From a virus: 15,525 nucleotides of DNA. Where the stretch lies: the UHGV virus genome UHGV-0084806. One strand, given 5' to 3'. The translations under genes were made by a program, and so were the position numbers. Shown here piece by piece: positions 1 through 7,501 of this stretch; position 1 is the stretch's first letter; the number at the start of each line of letters is the position of its first letter. The notes beneath the pieces are model-generated. The model searched no databases, was not told the origin of the DNA, and was given only the letters and a program-made list of their open reading frames with translations.

Positions 1-88
1 GACCTTAATTGTCTTTTTAAATAAAAATTAAACAAAAATTATATCCCACCACTAAGGTTTATAAAAGCATACGTTAGCAGGTGTCACC

Positions 89-1615
89 ATGAAAAAAGCC
101 ATAGCATATATGCGATTTTCATCACCAGGTCAGATGTCTGGCGACTCATTAAACCGACAGAGAAGACTTATTGCTGAATGGTTAAAGGTAAATAGTGATT
201 ATTATCTTGATACCATAACATATGAAGATTTAGGATTAAGTGCATTCAAAGGAAAGCATGCACAATCAGGAGCTTTTTCGGAATTTTTAGATGCTATAGA
301 GCATGGTTATATATTGCCAGGAACTACATTGTTAGTTGAAAGTCTGGACAGACTTTCAAGAGAAAAAGTCGGTGAAGCGATTGAACGTCTGAAATTGATT
401 TTGAATCACGGTATTGATGTTATAACTCTTTGCGACAATACAGTCTATAATATTGACTCTTTGAATGAGCCATATTCATTAATAAAAGCCATACTTATAG
501 CACAAAGGGCAAATGAAGAAAGCGAGATAAAGTCAAGTCGGGTTAAATTATCATGGAAGAAAAAACGGCAGGATGCACTGGAATCAGGTACGATTATGAC
601 GGCGTCTTGTCCGAGATGGCTCTCCTTAGATGACAAAAGAACGGCTTTTGTTCCAGACCCCGACAGGGTGAAAACTATTGAGCTAATTTTTAAACTCAGG
701 ATGGAAAGGCGCTCATTGAATGCAATAGCCAAGTATTTAAATGATCATGCTGTAAAGAATTTCTCAGGAAAAGAAAGTGCATGGGGACCTTCTGTAATTG
801 AAAAATTATTAGCGAATAAAGCTCTGATAGGTATATGCGTACCTTCATATCGTGCAAGAGGTAAAGGAATAAGTGAAATCGCTGGCTATTATCCCAGAGT
901 CATATCAGATGATTTGTTTTACGCTGTACAGGAAATTCGGTTGGCACCTTTTGGTATTAGCAATAGTAGCAAAAATCCTATGTTGATAAATCTACTTCGA
1001 ACAGTTATGAAGTGCGAGGCTTGTGGTAATACCATGATTGTTCATGCGGTATCTGGAAGTTTGCATGGCTATTATGTTTGTCCGATGAGAAGACTGCATC
1101 GATGTGACAGGCCATCAATAAAGAGAGATTTGGTTGATTATAATATCATTAATGAGTTGCTTTTTAATTGTAGTAAAATCCAACCAGTTGAAAACAAGAA
1201 AGATGCTAATGAAACTTTAGAGTTGAAAATTATTGAGCTCCAGATGAAAATTAATAATTTAATTGCTGCATTATCTGTTGCGCCTGAAGTTACCGCTATA
1301 GCAGAAAAAATCAGAGTATTAGATAAGGAATTACGAAGGGCTTCTGTATCATTAAAAACTTTGAAGAGTAAAGCGGTGAGTTCACTTGGTGATTTTCATG
1401 CTATTGACTTAACCAGTAAAAATGGGCGAGAGCTATGTCGTACACTTGCCTATAAAACATTCGAAAAAATCATAATCAATACAGATAATAAAACCTGTGA
1501 TATCTATTTTATGAATGGCATTGTTTTTAAACACTATCCTTTAATGAAAACAATATCCGCCCAGCAGGCGATAAGTACTCTCAAATATATGGTTGATGGT
1601 GAGGTTTATTTTTGA
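89..1615 (+). CDS. Large serine recombinase (resolvase/invertase-type N-terminal catalytic domain with large C-terminal extension); resembles the 508-aa DLP12 YbcK-type recombinase
   Basis: 508-aa ORF. N-terminus AIAYMRFSSPGQ carries the serine-recombinase catalytic Ser motif; a Cys-rich segment (CEACGNT...YYVCPMRRLHRCD) fits a zinc ribbon; the C-terminus looks coiled-coil. AGGTG Shine-Dalgarno about 8 nt upstream. Visibly AT-rich compared with the morphogenesis genes. Confidence 0.8.
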   Translation: MKKAIAYMRFSSPGQMSGDSLNRQRRLIAEWLKVNSDYYLDTITYEDLGLSAFKGKHAQSGAFSEFLDAIEHGYILPGTTLLVESLDRLSREKVGEAIERLKLILNHGIDVITLCDNTVYNIDSLNEPYSLIKAILIAQRANEESEIKSSRVKLSWKKKRQDALESGTIMTASCPRWLSLDDKRTAFVPDPDRVKTIELIFKLRMERRSLNAIAKYLNDHAVKNFSGKESAWGPSVIEKLLANKALIGICVPSYRARGKGISEIAGYYPRVISDDLFYAVQEIRLAPFGISNSSKNPMLINLLRTVMKCEACGNTMIVHAVSGSLHGYYVCPMRRLHRCDRPSIKRDLVDYNIINELLFNCSKIQPVENKKDANETLELKIIELQMKINNLIAALSVAPEVTAIAEKIRVLDKELRRASVSLKTLKSKAVSSLGDFHAIDLTSKNGRELCRTLAYKTFEKIIINTDNKTCDIYFMNGIVFKHYPLMKTISAQQAISTLKYMVDGEVYF

Positions 1616-1726
1616 GTAATAATCACTTTTTCAACCGTGCTATAGTAAGAAAGTTAGGTAAGTACAATAAAATTATCTATCCTGAACGAAGCGTCCTGAG
1701 CTATGGTTTTACTATAGAGACTGCCA

Positions 1727-2050
1727 ATGGATGCTGGCGTTCTCGTTCTAGCAGTTCAACAATACCCAATCACAAAACAATTCACTGATAACGAACTTTG
1801 CACACTCGCCTGGTTATGGCGAGCAGGGAATGTGATGTTAATTACCTACCAGAACGTTACTCCTCTTCTTCAGGTTGCGGAGCATCGTGAAGCTGGTCGC
1901 TTCACTTCTATCGAGCAAGAATATCCCCAGATACTCAATAAGGCACAGGCAATCCTTGCCAGAGAAACGGCACATGTAAAATTCCGGCCGTGGCAGGATG
2001 ATAAGTGGAGTCGAGTTTTGCCGCATTTACGTTCGGATCGATTACAGTAG
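1727..2050 (+). CDS. Hypothetical protein (orphan, 107 aa), possibly a gene remnant
   Basis: Protein-like translation with no motif I recognise. An in-frame TAG at 1715-1717 prevents upstream extension; weak ribosome-binding site. The antisense ORFs overlapping it look like low-complexity junk. Confidence 0.35.
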   Translation: MDAGVLVLAVQQYPITKQFTDNELCTLAWLWRAGNVMLITYQNVTPLLQVAEHREAGRFTSIEQEYPQILNKAQAILARETAHVKFRPWQDDKWSRVLPHLRSDRLQ

Positions 2051-2113
2051 ATTCCAATTAACAATGAGAAACACATAGCCACCCCGTGGTATTGAAACCA
2101 TATAATGTTGGAT

Positions 2114-2143
2114 TTGAAAACAGATCTTTTTCCATGTATTAAT
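2114..2143 (+). promoter_or_regulatory. Candidate sigma70 promoter (TTGAAA, 17-nt spacer, TATTAA with adjacent TG)
   Basis: -35-like TTGAAA at 2114-2119 and -10-like TATTAA at 2137-2142, with TG at 2135-2136. Predicted start site near 2150, reading into the ORF-free island and the ORF at 2512. Confidence 0.3.
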
Positions 2144-2149
2144 AACTAC

Positions 2150-2511
2150 ATCCCCGCGAGTGATTCAAAAAGGAGGGCCCAATTTTGTCCGAGTTTTTGT
2201 ATTCCCCCGCATGCCGCTGCGGAGCACTACATCTGAGTGTCTGACTAGGGGATAAAATTAGACTGGATAGTGAGAAGAAAGTGGCGTGCTAGGCTGTGCC
2301 GAGTGCTACCAGTACACCCTGGGGGTGTGCAGCTTTCGCCGAGACTGTAGTGGGTATCGGTTAATGCACGAAAAACCGAGAGGTCAGACAACCAATTTGC
2401 CGTAGGATTGTTTCCGGTGCGATACCGGTGTACTAACTGAAAGCAATGCGAAAAAGCATAAACTCGGTCCTTCAGTCGCCCTACACACTATTTACTAAGA
2501 AGGGCTAAAGC
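2150..2511 (+). other. ORF-free island; candidate structured non-coding RNA or long 5' leader of the downstream 118-aa ORF
   Basis: The six-frame track has no ORF of 60 aa or more on either strand across about 2083-2511. The island is visibly more GC-rich than the AT-rich ORFs on either side. Several short inverted repeats are visible, e.g. GGTATCG at 2354-2360 pairing with CGATACC at 2421-2427, ACACCC/GGGTGT at about 2314-2328, and CCGAG/CTCGG motifs. Confidence 0.3.
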
Positions 2512-2868
2512 ATGGATACAATTATCACATGGATGGGAGATCGTCTGTTGGGGTGGATAACAAACAAATCCGATCTGCGGCAGAGGGCAATCACTGGATT
2601 AACTCCTGCGATTTATTCAACAATTTTATATACTGAAAAATTAAAACGTGGTGAGCCTAATAACCCAAACGAAGAAGAAAAACTTTATAGGCTTTGGTAT
2701 GAAGCGTCTTCCCAAGTCGTAGACTTTGATCGAGAGCTGGCTAAAAGATGTTTAGATAAATCAGAATATTGGCTTCATTCTGAATTATATAGCCCTGAGA
2801 AAGTTGGAGAGCTAAACATTTCTTTGGTTGGTATGAAGGCAACGCTTGAAGGAATAAAGCACAATTAA
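2512..2868 (+). CDS. Hypothetical protein (orphan, 118 aa, AT-rich)
   Basis: ATG at 2512 preceded by AAGAAGGG (Shine-Dalgarno-like) 6-13 nt upstream. Coherent translation rich in charged residues. No recognisable domain. Confidence 0.55.
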   Translation: MDTIITWMGDRLLGWITNKSDLRQRAITGLTPAIYSTILYTEKLKRGEPNNPNEEEKLYRLWYEASSQVVDFDRELAKRCLDKSEYWLHSELYSPEKVGELNISLVGMKATLEGIKHN

Positions 2869-3055
2869 AACCTTTGATTTGCGATAATCAACTCGCCATA
2901 ATCATGTCATCGGAGCCTGAACAACTCCGGTGACTTCTGCGCTAAACGGGGACGTTTATGCGCACACACAATCCAAACTCTCTTCTCCCTCCACAGATGC
3001 AGAAATGCACCTGCGATATATTGTATCCAGCGTTTGACCTCTGCGGAGGTGAAGC

Positions 3056-3511
3056 GTGAATCTCCCACAAGATGGCATCAAATTACATCGCGGTAACTTC
3101 ACCGCTATCGGTCGGCAGATCCAGCCTTATCTGGAGGAGGGCAAATGCTTTCGCATGGTGCTTAAACCGTGGCGTGAGAAACGCAGTCTTTCCCAGAATG
3201 CACTCAGCCACATGTGGTACAGCGAAATCAGTGAATACCTCATCAGCAGGGGTAAAACGTTCGCTACTCCAGCTTGGGTAAAAGATGCTCTCAAACACAC
3301 ATATCTCGGTTATGAAACCAAAGACCTGGTTGATGTCGTAACCGGTGATATCACCACTATCCAGTCGTTACGCCATACCTCCGATCTTGATACCGGAGAG
3401 ATGTATGTCTTCCTGTGTAAGGTTGAAGCCTGGGCGGTGAATATTGGCTGCCACCTGACTATTCCGCAGAGCTGCGAGTTCCAGCTGCTCCGCGACAAGC
3501 AGGAGGCGTAA
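3056..3511 (+). CDS. ybcN: YbcN-like nin-region protein (DUF1367 family)
   Basis: 151-aa translation ([30 protein letters not shown]...) matches the DLP12 YbcN protein as I remember it. GTG start at 3056 with GGAGGTG Shine-Dalgarno. Stop overlaps the ninE start (TAATG). Confidence 0.8.
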   Translation: MNLPQDGIKLHRGNFTAIGRQIQPYLEEGKCFRMVLKPWREKRSLSQNALSHMWYSEISEYLISRGKTFATPAWVKDALKHTYLGYETKDLVDVVTGDITTIQSLRHTSDLDTGEMYVFLCKVEAWAVNIGCHLTIPQSCEFQLLRDKQEA

Positions 3512-3681
3512 TGGCTACACCGCTTATTCGTGTCATGAACGGACACATCTACAGAGTACCAGATCGTCGTAAGCGTAAACCGGAGCTGAAGCCTTCCGAA
3601 ATACCAACACTGCTCGGATATACCGCCAGCCTGGTTGATAAAAAATGGTTGCGACTGGCAGCAAGGAGGAATCATGGCTGA
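3511..3681 (+). CDS. ninE: NinE-like small protein (56 aa)
   Basis: Absent from the ORF track (below its size cutoff). Hand translation from ATG 3511 gives [56 protein letters not shown] with stop at 3679-3681. Sits between ybcN and ybcO as in DLP12/lambdoid nin regions and overlaps both neighbours. Confidence 0.7.
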   Translation: MATPLIRVMNGHIYRVPDRRKRKPELKPSEIPTLLGYTASLVDKKWLRLAARRNHG

Positions 3682-3964
3682 TTTGAGAAAAGCAGCGCGT
3701 AGTCGGGAATGCCAGGTAAGAATCCCTGGCGTATGTAATGGCAACCCTGAAACGTCTGTACTGGCACATATCCGGCTGACTGGATTGTGCGGCACCGGTA
3801 CCAAACCGCCAGACCTGATTGCCACCATTGCATGTTCTGCCTGCCACGACGAAATCGACCGCCGCACACATTTTGTCGATGCTGCATATGCAAAAGAATG
3901 CGCGCTGGAAGGTATGGCGAGAACACAGGTTATCTGGCTGAAAGAGGGGGTTATTAAGGCGTGA
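3674..3964 (+). CDS. ybcO: YbcO-like protein (DUF1364, putative nuclease, Cys-rich)
   Basis: The track ORF starts at 3635, but the likely start is ATG 3674 ([28 protein letters not shown]...), giving the 96-aa YbcO-like product. Cys-rich metal-binding pattern. Overlaps the rusA start. Confidence 0.8.
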   Translation: MADLRKAARSRECQVRIPGVCNGNPETSVLAHIRLTGLCGTGTKPPDLIATIACSACHDEIDRRTHFVDAAYAKECALEGMARTQVIWLKEGVIKA

Positions 3965-4323
3965 ATACCTACAGCATCACATTACCCTGGCCTCCGAGCA
4001 ATAATCGCTATTACCGCCATAATCGCGGGCGCACGCACGTCAGCGCAGAGGGACAGGCATACCGCGATAACGTCGCCCGAATCATTAAAAACGCAATGCT
4101 GGATATCGGCCTGGCTATGCCTGTGAAAATCCGCATTGAGTGCCACATGCCGGATCGCCGTCGCCGTGACCTGGATAATCTGCAAAAAGCCGCTTTTGAC
4201 GCACTCACTAAAGCAGGTTTCTGGCTGGATGATGCTCAGGTCGTTGATTACCGCGTTGTGAAGATGCCTGTTACCAAAGGTGGGAGGCTGGAACTGACCA
4301 TCACCGAAATGGGGAATGAATGA
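3961..4323 (+). CDS. rusA: RusA Holliday junction resolvase
   Basis: 120-aa translation ([45 protein letters not shown]...) matches RusA as I remember it. GTG start overlapping the ybcO stop. Confidence 0.9.
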   Translation: MNTYSITLPWPPSNNRYYRHNRGRTHVSAEGQAYRDNVARIIKNAMLDIGLAMPVKIRIECHMPDRRRRDLDNLQKAAFDALTKAGFWLDDAQVVDYRVVKMPVTKGGRLELTITEMGNE

Positions 4324-4460
4324 TGTTTGAGTTTTATATGGCAGAACGTCTTCGCCACCGCTGGGGGCGTCTGCGCTTATATCGTTTCCCCGGTTCTGTT
4401 TTGACCGATTACCGAATACTGAAGAATTACGCCAAAACCCTGACAGGAGCAGGAGTATGA
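4320..4460 (+). CDS. ylcG: YlcG-like small protein (46 aa)
   Basis: Absent from the ORF track. Hand translation from ATG 4320 (overlapping the rusA stop, ATGA) gives [46 protein letters not shown] with stop at 4458-4460. Position after rusA matches DLP12. Confidence 0.55.
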   Translation: MMFEFYMAERLRHRWGRLRLYRFPGSVLTDYRILKNYAKTLTGAGV

Positions 4461-4545
4461 AGTCAGAGATAACAATCAACTAATACTGTTTCGTTGATTT
4501 TTGCTTGTAATTGGCGTTCTGGTCTGATTTTTGTGGAGTAAGTTG

Positions 4546-4929
4546 ATGCGTGATATTCAGATGGTTCTTGAGCGTTGGGGAGCGTGGGCGGCTAATAATC
4601 ATGAAGATGTGACCTGGTCGTCCATTGCCGCCGGTTTTAAGGGATTAATTACTTCAAAAGTAAAATCTCGCCCGCAATGTTGTGACGATGACGCGATGAT
4701 CATTTGCGGGTGCATGGCCCGTCTGAAAAAGAACAACAGCGATTTGCACGATTTATTAGTAGATTATTATGTAGTCGGTATGACATTCATGTCACTGGCA
4801 GGTAAGCATTGCTGCTCTGATGGTTATATCGGGAAAAGGTTACAGAAGGCTGAGGGCATAATTGAAGGGATGTTAATGGCATTAGATATCCGGTTAGAGA
4901 TGGATATCGTTGTTAATAACTCTAATTAA
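4546..4929 (+). CDS. quuD: Late-gene antiterminator Q (QuuD-like)
   Basis: The track ORF starts at TTG 4531; the likely start is ATG 4546 ([24 protein letters not shown]...), 127 aa. Cys-rich zinc-binding segment ([16 protein letters not shown]). Position between the nin genes and the porin/lysis genes is typical for Q. Confidence 0.8.
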   Translation: MRDIQMVLERWGAWAANNHEDVTWSSIAAGFKGLITSKVKSRPQCCDDDAMIICGCMARLKKNNSDLHDLLVDYYVVGMTFMSLAGKHCCSDGYIGKRLQKAEGIIEGMLMALDIRLEMDIVVNNSN

Positions 4930-4954
4930 TACGCCAATTATTTACTAAAAGTTA

Positions 4955-5125
4955 TTAAAAATGGGGCGTTGAAACGCCCCCAAAAATAAAGGGTAATATA
5001 TAACAGAAGGTTTGTATAGTTAGAAGCAAGGTTGTGCTTCTAAAGGAAGTGGCTTGAGGGAGCCACTTATATGTTGGGGAGGCAAAGCCTCCCACAACAT
5101 ATCTTTTAGTAATCAAATTAGAACT
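4955..5125 (-). ncRNA. Candidate IpeX-like sRNA / 3' end of the porin transcript, ending at an intrinsic terminator
   Basis: Immediately downstream of the porin stop (5118) on the minus strand there are three hairpins: GGGAGGC-AAA-GCCTCCC (5076-5093), AAGTGGCT...AGCCACTT (about 5048-5069), and GGGGCGTT-GA-AACGCCCC (4962-4979). The last is followed on the minus strand by ATTTTTAATAAC, a U-rich tail. From memory, the DLP12 sRNA IpeX lies at the 3' side of nmpC; exact limits are uncertain. Confidence 0.4.
4962..4979 (-). terminator. Intrinsic terminator hairpin (8-bp GC-rich stem, U-tract on minus strand)
   Basis: GGGGCGTT/AACGCCCC stem with a 2-nt loop; the U-rich run lies on the minus-strand side (reverse complement of 4950-4961). 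Oriented to terminate the porin/IpeX-like transcript. Confidence 0.5.
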
Positions 5126-6200
5126 GGTAAACCATACCTACAGCAACGATATCATCGGTAGCAACGCCAGATGCTTTCGTGAAATCGCTCTTATCAATCA
5201 GGTTGATTTTGTAGTCAACAAAAGTGGACATATTTTTGTTGAAGTAATAGGTTGCACCTACATCAACATATTCAACCAGGTCCTGATCACCCCAAACACC
5301 CAAGTCTTTTCCTTTAGAATGCAGGTAAGCAACGGATGGACGCAGGCCGAAGTCGAACTGATATTGTGCAACAGCTTCGAAGTTTTGTGCTTTGTTGGCA
5401 ATATGGTTATTACCAAAAACAGTCATGTTCTGGGTTTCAGAATAGGTGGTGGCCAGATAGATGTTGTTCGCATCATATTTCAGACCAGCTGCCCATACTT
5501 CAGCATTTTGACCAGAAGCATTCAGACCGTTGTTACCGTAGATAACCTGATTATTAGTGCGATCAGATTTAGCATAGGTTGCACCCACGCCGAATCCTTC
5601 ATACTCATAAGTAGTTGAGAAACCGAAACCATCGCCATTAGCTTCAGTTACTTCATTTCGGTCATTTTTGCCCTGATACTGAGCTGCAAAGTTCAGGCCA
5701 TCAACCAGACCAAAGAAGTCGTTGTTACGATAAGTTGCAACACCTGTGGTGCGACCAGTCATGAATACATCTGTTTGGGTCCAGGTATCGCCACCGAATT
5801 CTGGCAGAACGTCAGTCCACGCACCGATGTCGTATGCTACACCGTAGTTACGGCCGTAATCGATTGAGCCGTAGTCACCGAATTTCAGGCCTGCAAATGC
5901 AAGACGGGTTTTGTCTTTGGAGGAACCTTGAGATTCAGCGCGGTTGCCTTTGAATTCATATTCCCACTGACCGAAACCAGTCAGTTGATCGTTGATTTGG
6001 GTTTCACCTTTGAAGCCAAGACGGGCATAAGTAGTATCACCATCATCTGCATCATTAGAGGAGAAGTAGTGCTTAGCATTAACTTTCCCGTACAGATCCA
6101 GCTTGTTACTGTCTTTATTATAAATTTCAGCTGCCTGAGCAGACATCGCCATCAGTACTGATGCAGCTACAGCAGAAATTGCCACTGTTAATTTTTTCAT
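5118..6200 (-). CDS. nmpC: Outer membrane porin, OmpC/OmpF/NmpC family (prophage moron)
   Basis: 360-aa ORF with a signal peptide ([30 protein letters not shown]), the porin-family signature, and a C-terminal ...VGMVYQF ending in Phe, typical of beta-barrel proteins. Encoded antisense between Q and the lysis genes, as nmpC is in DLP12. Confidence 0.9.
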   Translation of the reverse strand: MKKLTVAISAVAASVLMAMSAQAAEIYNKDSNKLDLYGKVNAKHYFSSNDADDGDTTYARLGFKGETQINDQLTGFGQWEYEFKGNRAESQGSSKDKTRLAFAGLKFGDYGSIDYGRNYGVAYDIGAWTDVLPEFGGDTWTQTDVFMTGRTTGVATYRNNDFFGLVDGLNFAAQYQGKNDRNEVTEANGDGFGFSTTYEYEGFGVGATYAKSDRTNNQVIYGNNGLNASGQNAEVWAAGLKYDANNIYLATTYSETQNMTVFGNNHIANKAQNFEAVAQYQFDFGLRPSVAYLHSKGKDLGVWGDQDLVEYVDVGATYYFNKNMSTFVDYKINLIDKSDFTKASGVATDDIVAVGMVYQF

Positions 6201-6788
6201 CGTGAGCCCTTTTTTTTGAACTATTATTAAAAAATGATGTCACTGCGCGATAAATATTCATCTAATCAATGTGATTATTTCAAGATGTAAGTTTTAGTTT
6301 CTCATTTAATTTGTGAAGTAGATCTCTATTTTTATCTGAACTTTTTCTATCGAAACCTATTTATGGCTCTTATTTGAACAAAAATAAACCTATTAGCTAA
6401 TTTATATTAATGGCTGTTATTTATGGGGGTTCTATAATTCGGCAGTTTAATTTAAATCAACTAAAAATAACGTCTGAAATTATTTATTGGTTATTTGTTG
6501 AGGTTTTCTTATGTATTTGTGGTGGAGTTTTGAACACTCGGTAGCATTCTCATAAATATCATTCAGTGGTTTACGTACGTAAAAAATTGGTTATGCTGTT
6601 AAGAGTGGTTACTTCGTCACACAGCTTAAACCCGCCGTCGAGCTGGTTTTTCCATTTTTTGAGTCTCGATATTAGCTGATAACTCAATACCTGAGTTATT
6701 CACTGACTCCGAGTCTGTTACGTTTCTGCTTTTTTGCGATACGTTGTATTCCCTCAATTTACACCCGCTTTGTCTGCGAGGTGGGGTT
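6201..6788. promoter_or_regulatory. AT-rich intergenic region: porin promoter (minus strand) and upstream region of the lysis cassette (plus strand)
   Basis: About 590 bp with no ORF, very AT-rich with many A/T tracts. Lies 5' of both the divergent porin gene and the holin gene. Confidence 0.35.
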
Positions 6789-7004
6789 ATGAAATCCATG
6801 GATAAGTTAACAACGGGTGTCGCCTATGGCACCTCAGCAGGTAGTGCCGGTTACTGGTTTTTACAGCTGCTCGATAAAGTCACGCCCTCACAGTGGGCAG
6901 CAATAGGTGTGCTGGGTAGCCTGGTATTTGGCCTGCTGACGTACCTGACAAACCTTTATTTCAAGATTAAAGAAGATAAGCGCAAGGCTGCGAGAGGTGA
7001 ATAA
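6789..7004 (+). CDS. essD: Holin, phage-21 S21-type (pinholin-like), dual-start motif
   Basis: The track ORF starts at 6744; the likely start is ATG 6789 ([26 protein letters not shown]...), with a second Met at codon 4, the classic holin/antiholin dual start. Two hydrophobic segments and a charged C-terminus ([13 protein letters not shown]). Stop overlaps the endolysin start (TAATG). Confidence 0.85.
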
Positions 7005-7501
7005 TGCCTCCATCATTACGAAAAGCCGTTGCTGCTGCTATTGGTGGCGGAGCAATTGCTATAGCATCAGTGTTAATCACTGGCCCAAGTGGTAACGATG
7101 GTCTGGAAGGTGTCAGCTACATACCATACAAAGATATTGTTGGTGTATGGACTGTATGTCACGGGCATACAGGAAAAGACATCATGCTCGGTAAAACGTA
7201 TACCAAAGCAGAATGCAAAGCCCTCCTGAATAAAGACCTTGCCACGGTCGCCAGACAAATTAACCCGTACATAAAAGTTGATATACCGGAAACAACGCGC
7301 GGCGCTCTTTACTTGTTCGTTTACAACGTGGGCGCTGGCAATTTCAGAACATCGACGCTTCTTCGCAAAATAAACCAGGGCGATATCAAAGGCGCATGTG
7401 ATCAGCTACGTCGCTGGACATATGCTGGCGGTAAGCAATGGAAAGGTCTCATGACTCGTCGTGAGATTGAGCGTGAAATCTGTTTGTGGGGTCAGCAATG
7501 A
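7004..7501 (+). CDS. rrrD: SAR endolysin (lysozyme, R21/RrrD-like) with N-terminal signal-arrest-release domain
   Basis: 165 aa. The N-terminus is Gly/Ala-rich and weakly hydrophobic ([20 protein letters not shown]), typical of a SAR domain; the rest resembles a T4-lysozyme-type muramidase. Stop overlaps the Rz start. Confidence 0.85.
   Translation: MPPSLRKAVAAAIGGGAIAIASVLITGPSGNDGLEGVSYIPYKDIVGVWTVCHGHTGKDIMLGKTYTKAECKALLNKDLATVARQINPYIKVDIPETTRGALYLFVYNVGAGNFRTSTLLRKINQGDIKGACDQLRRWTYAGGKQWKGLMTRREIEREICLWGQQ

Noticed and set aside
445-732. 95-aa minus-strand ORF inside the serine recombinase gene
   Set aside because: Fully antisense to a well-supported 508-aa gene, with a low-complexity translation and no start context; most likely a chance ORF.
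1838-2082. Two overlapping minus-strand ORFs (62 and 70 aa) opposite the 107-aa orphan ORF
   Set aside because: Cys/Ser-rich junk-like translations that overlap each other and the plus-strand ORF; no independent support.
2100-2500. tRNA genes or a CRISPR array in the ORF-free island
   Set aside because: No T-loop-like GGTTCGAATCC motifs or cloverleaf-sized units, and no regularly spaced direct repeats.
2086-2868. Retron (msr-msd RNA plus reverse transcriptase) as an explanation for the structured non-coding island
   Set aside because: No reverse-transcriptase-sized ORF is adjacent; the only neighbour is a 118-aa protein with no RT motifs. I also could not identify the flanking a1/a2 inverted repeats.
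3072-3964. Antisense and alternative-frame ORFs over ybcN, ninE and ybcO (3072-3281 +, 3083-3298 -, 3310-3867 -, 3533-3871 -, 3672-3926 -)
   Set aside because: They overlap conserved, translationally coupled nin genes, and their translations are Cys/Arg/Trp-rich, as expected for off-frame reading.
3982-4479. 165-aa minus-strand ORF antisense to rusA and ylcG
   Set aside because: Antisense to the confidently identified rusA; no ribosome-binding site and a non-protein-like composition.
5319-6161. Plus-strand ORFs (99, 69 and 77 aa) inside the porin gene
   Set aside because: Antisense to the porin, which has signal peptide and family signatures; chance ORFs.
6744-6788. Extended N-terminus of the holin (track start 6744; likewise upstream starts for ybcO at 3635, Q at 4531, E at 10378, FI at 11433, V at 13195)
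   Set aside because: The downstream start codons have better Shine-Dalgarno spacing and reproduce the known protein N-termini; the track uses the longest possible ORF including non-ATG starts.
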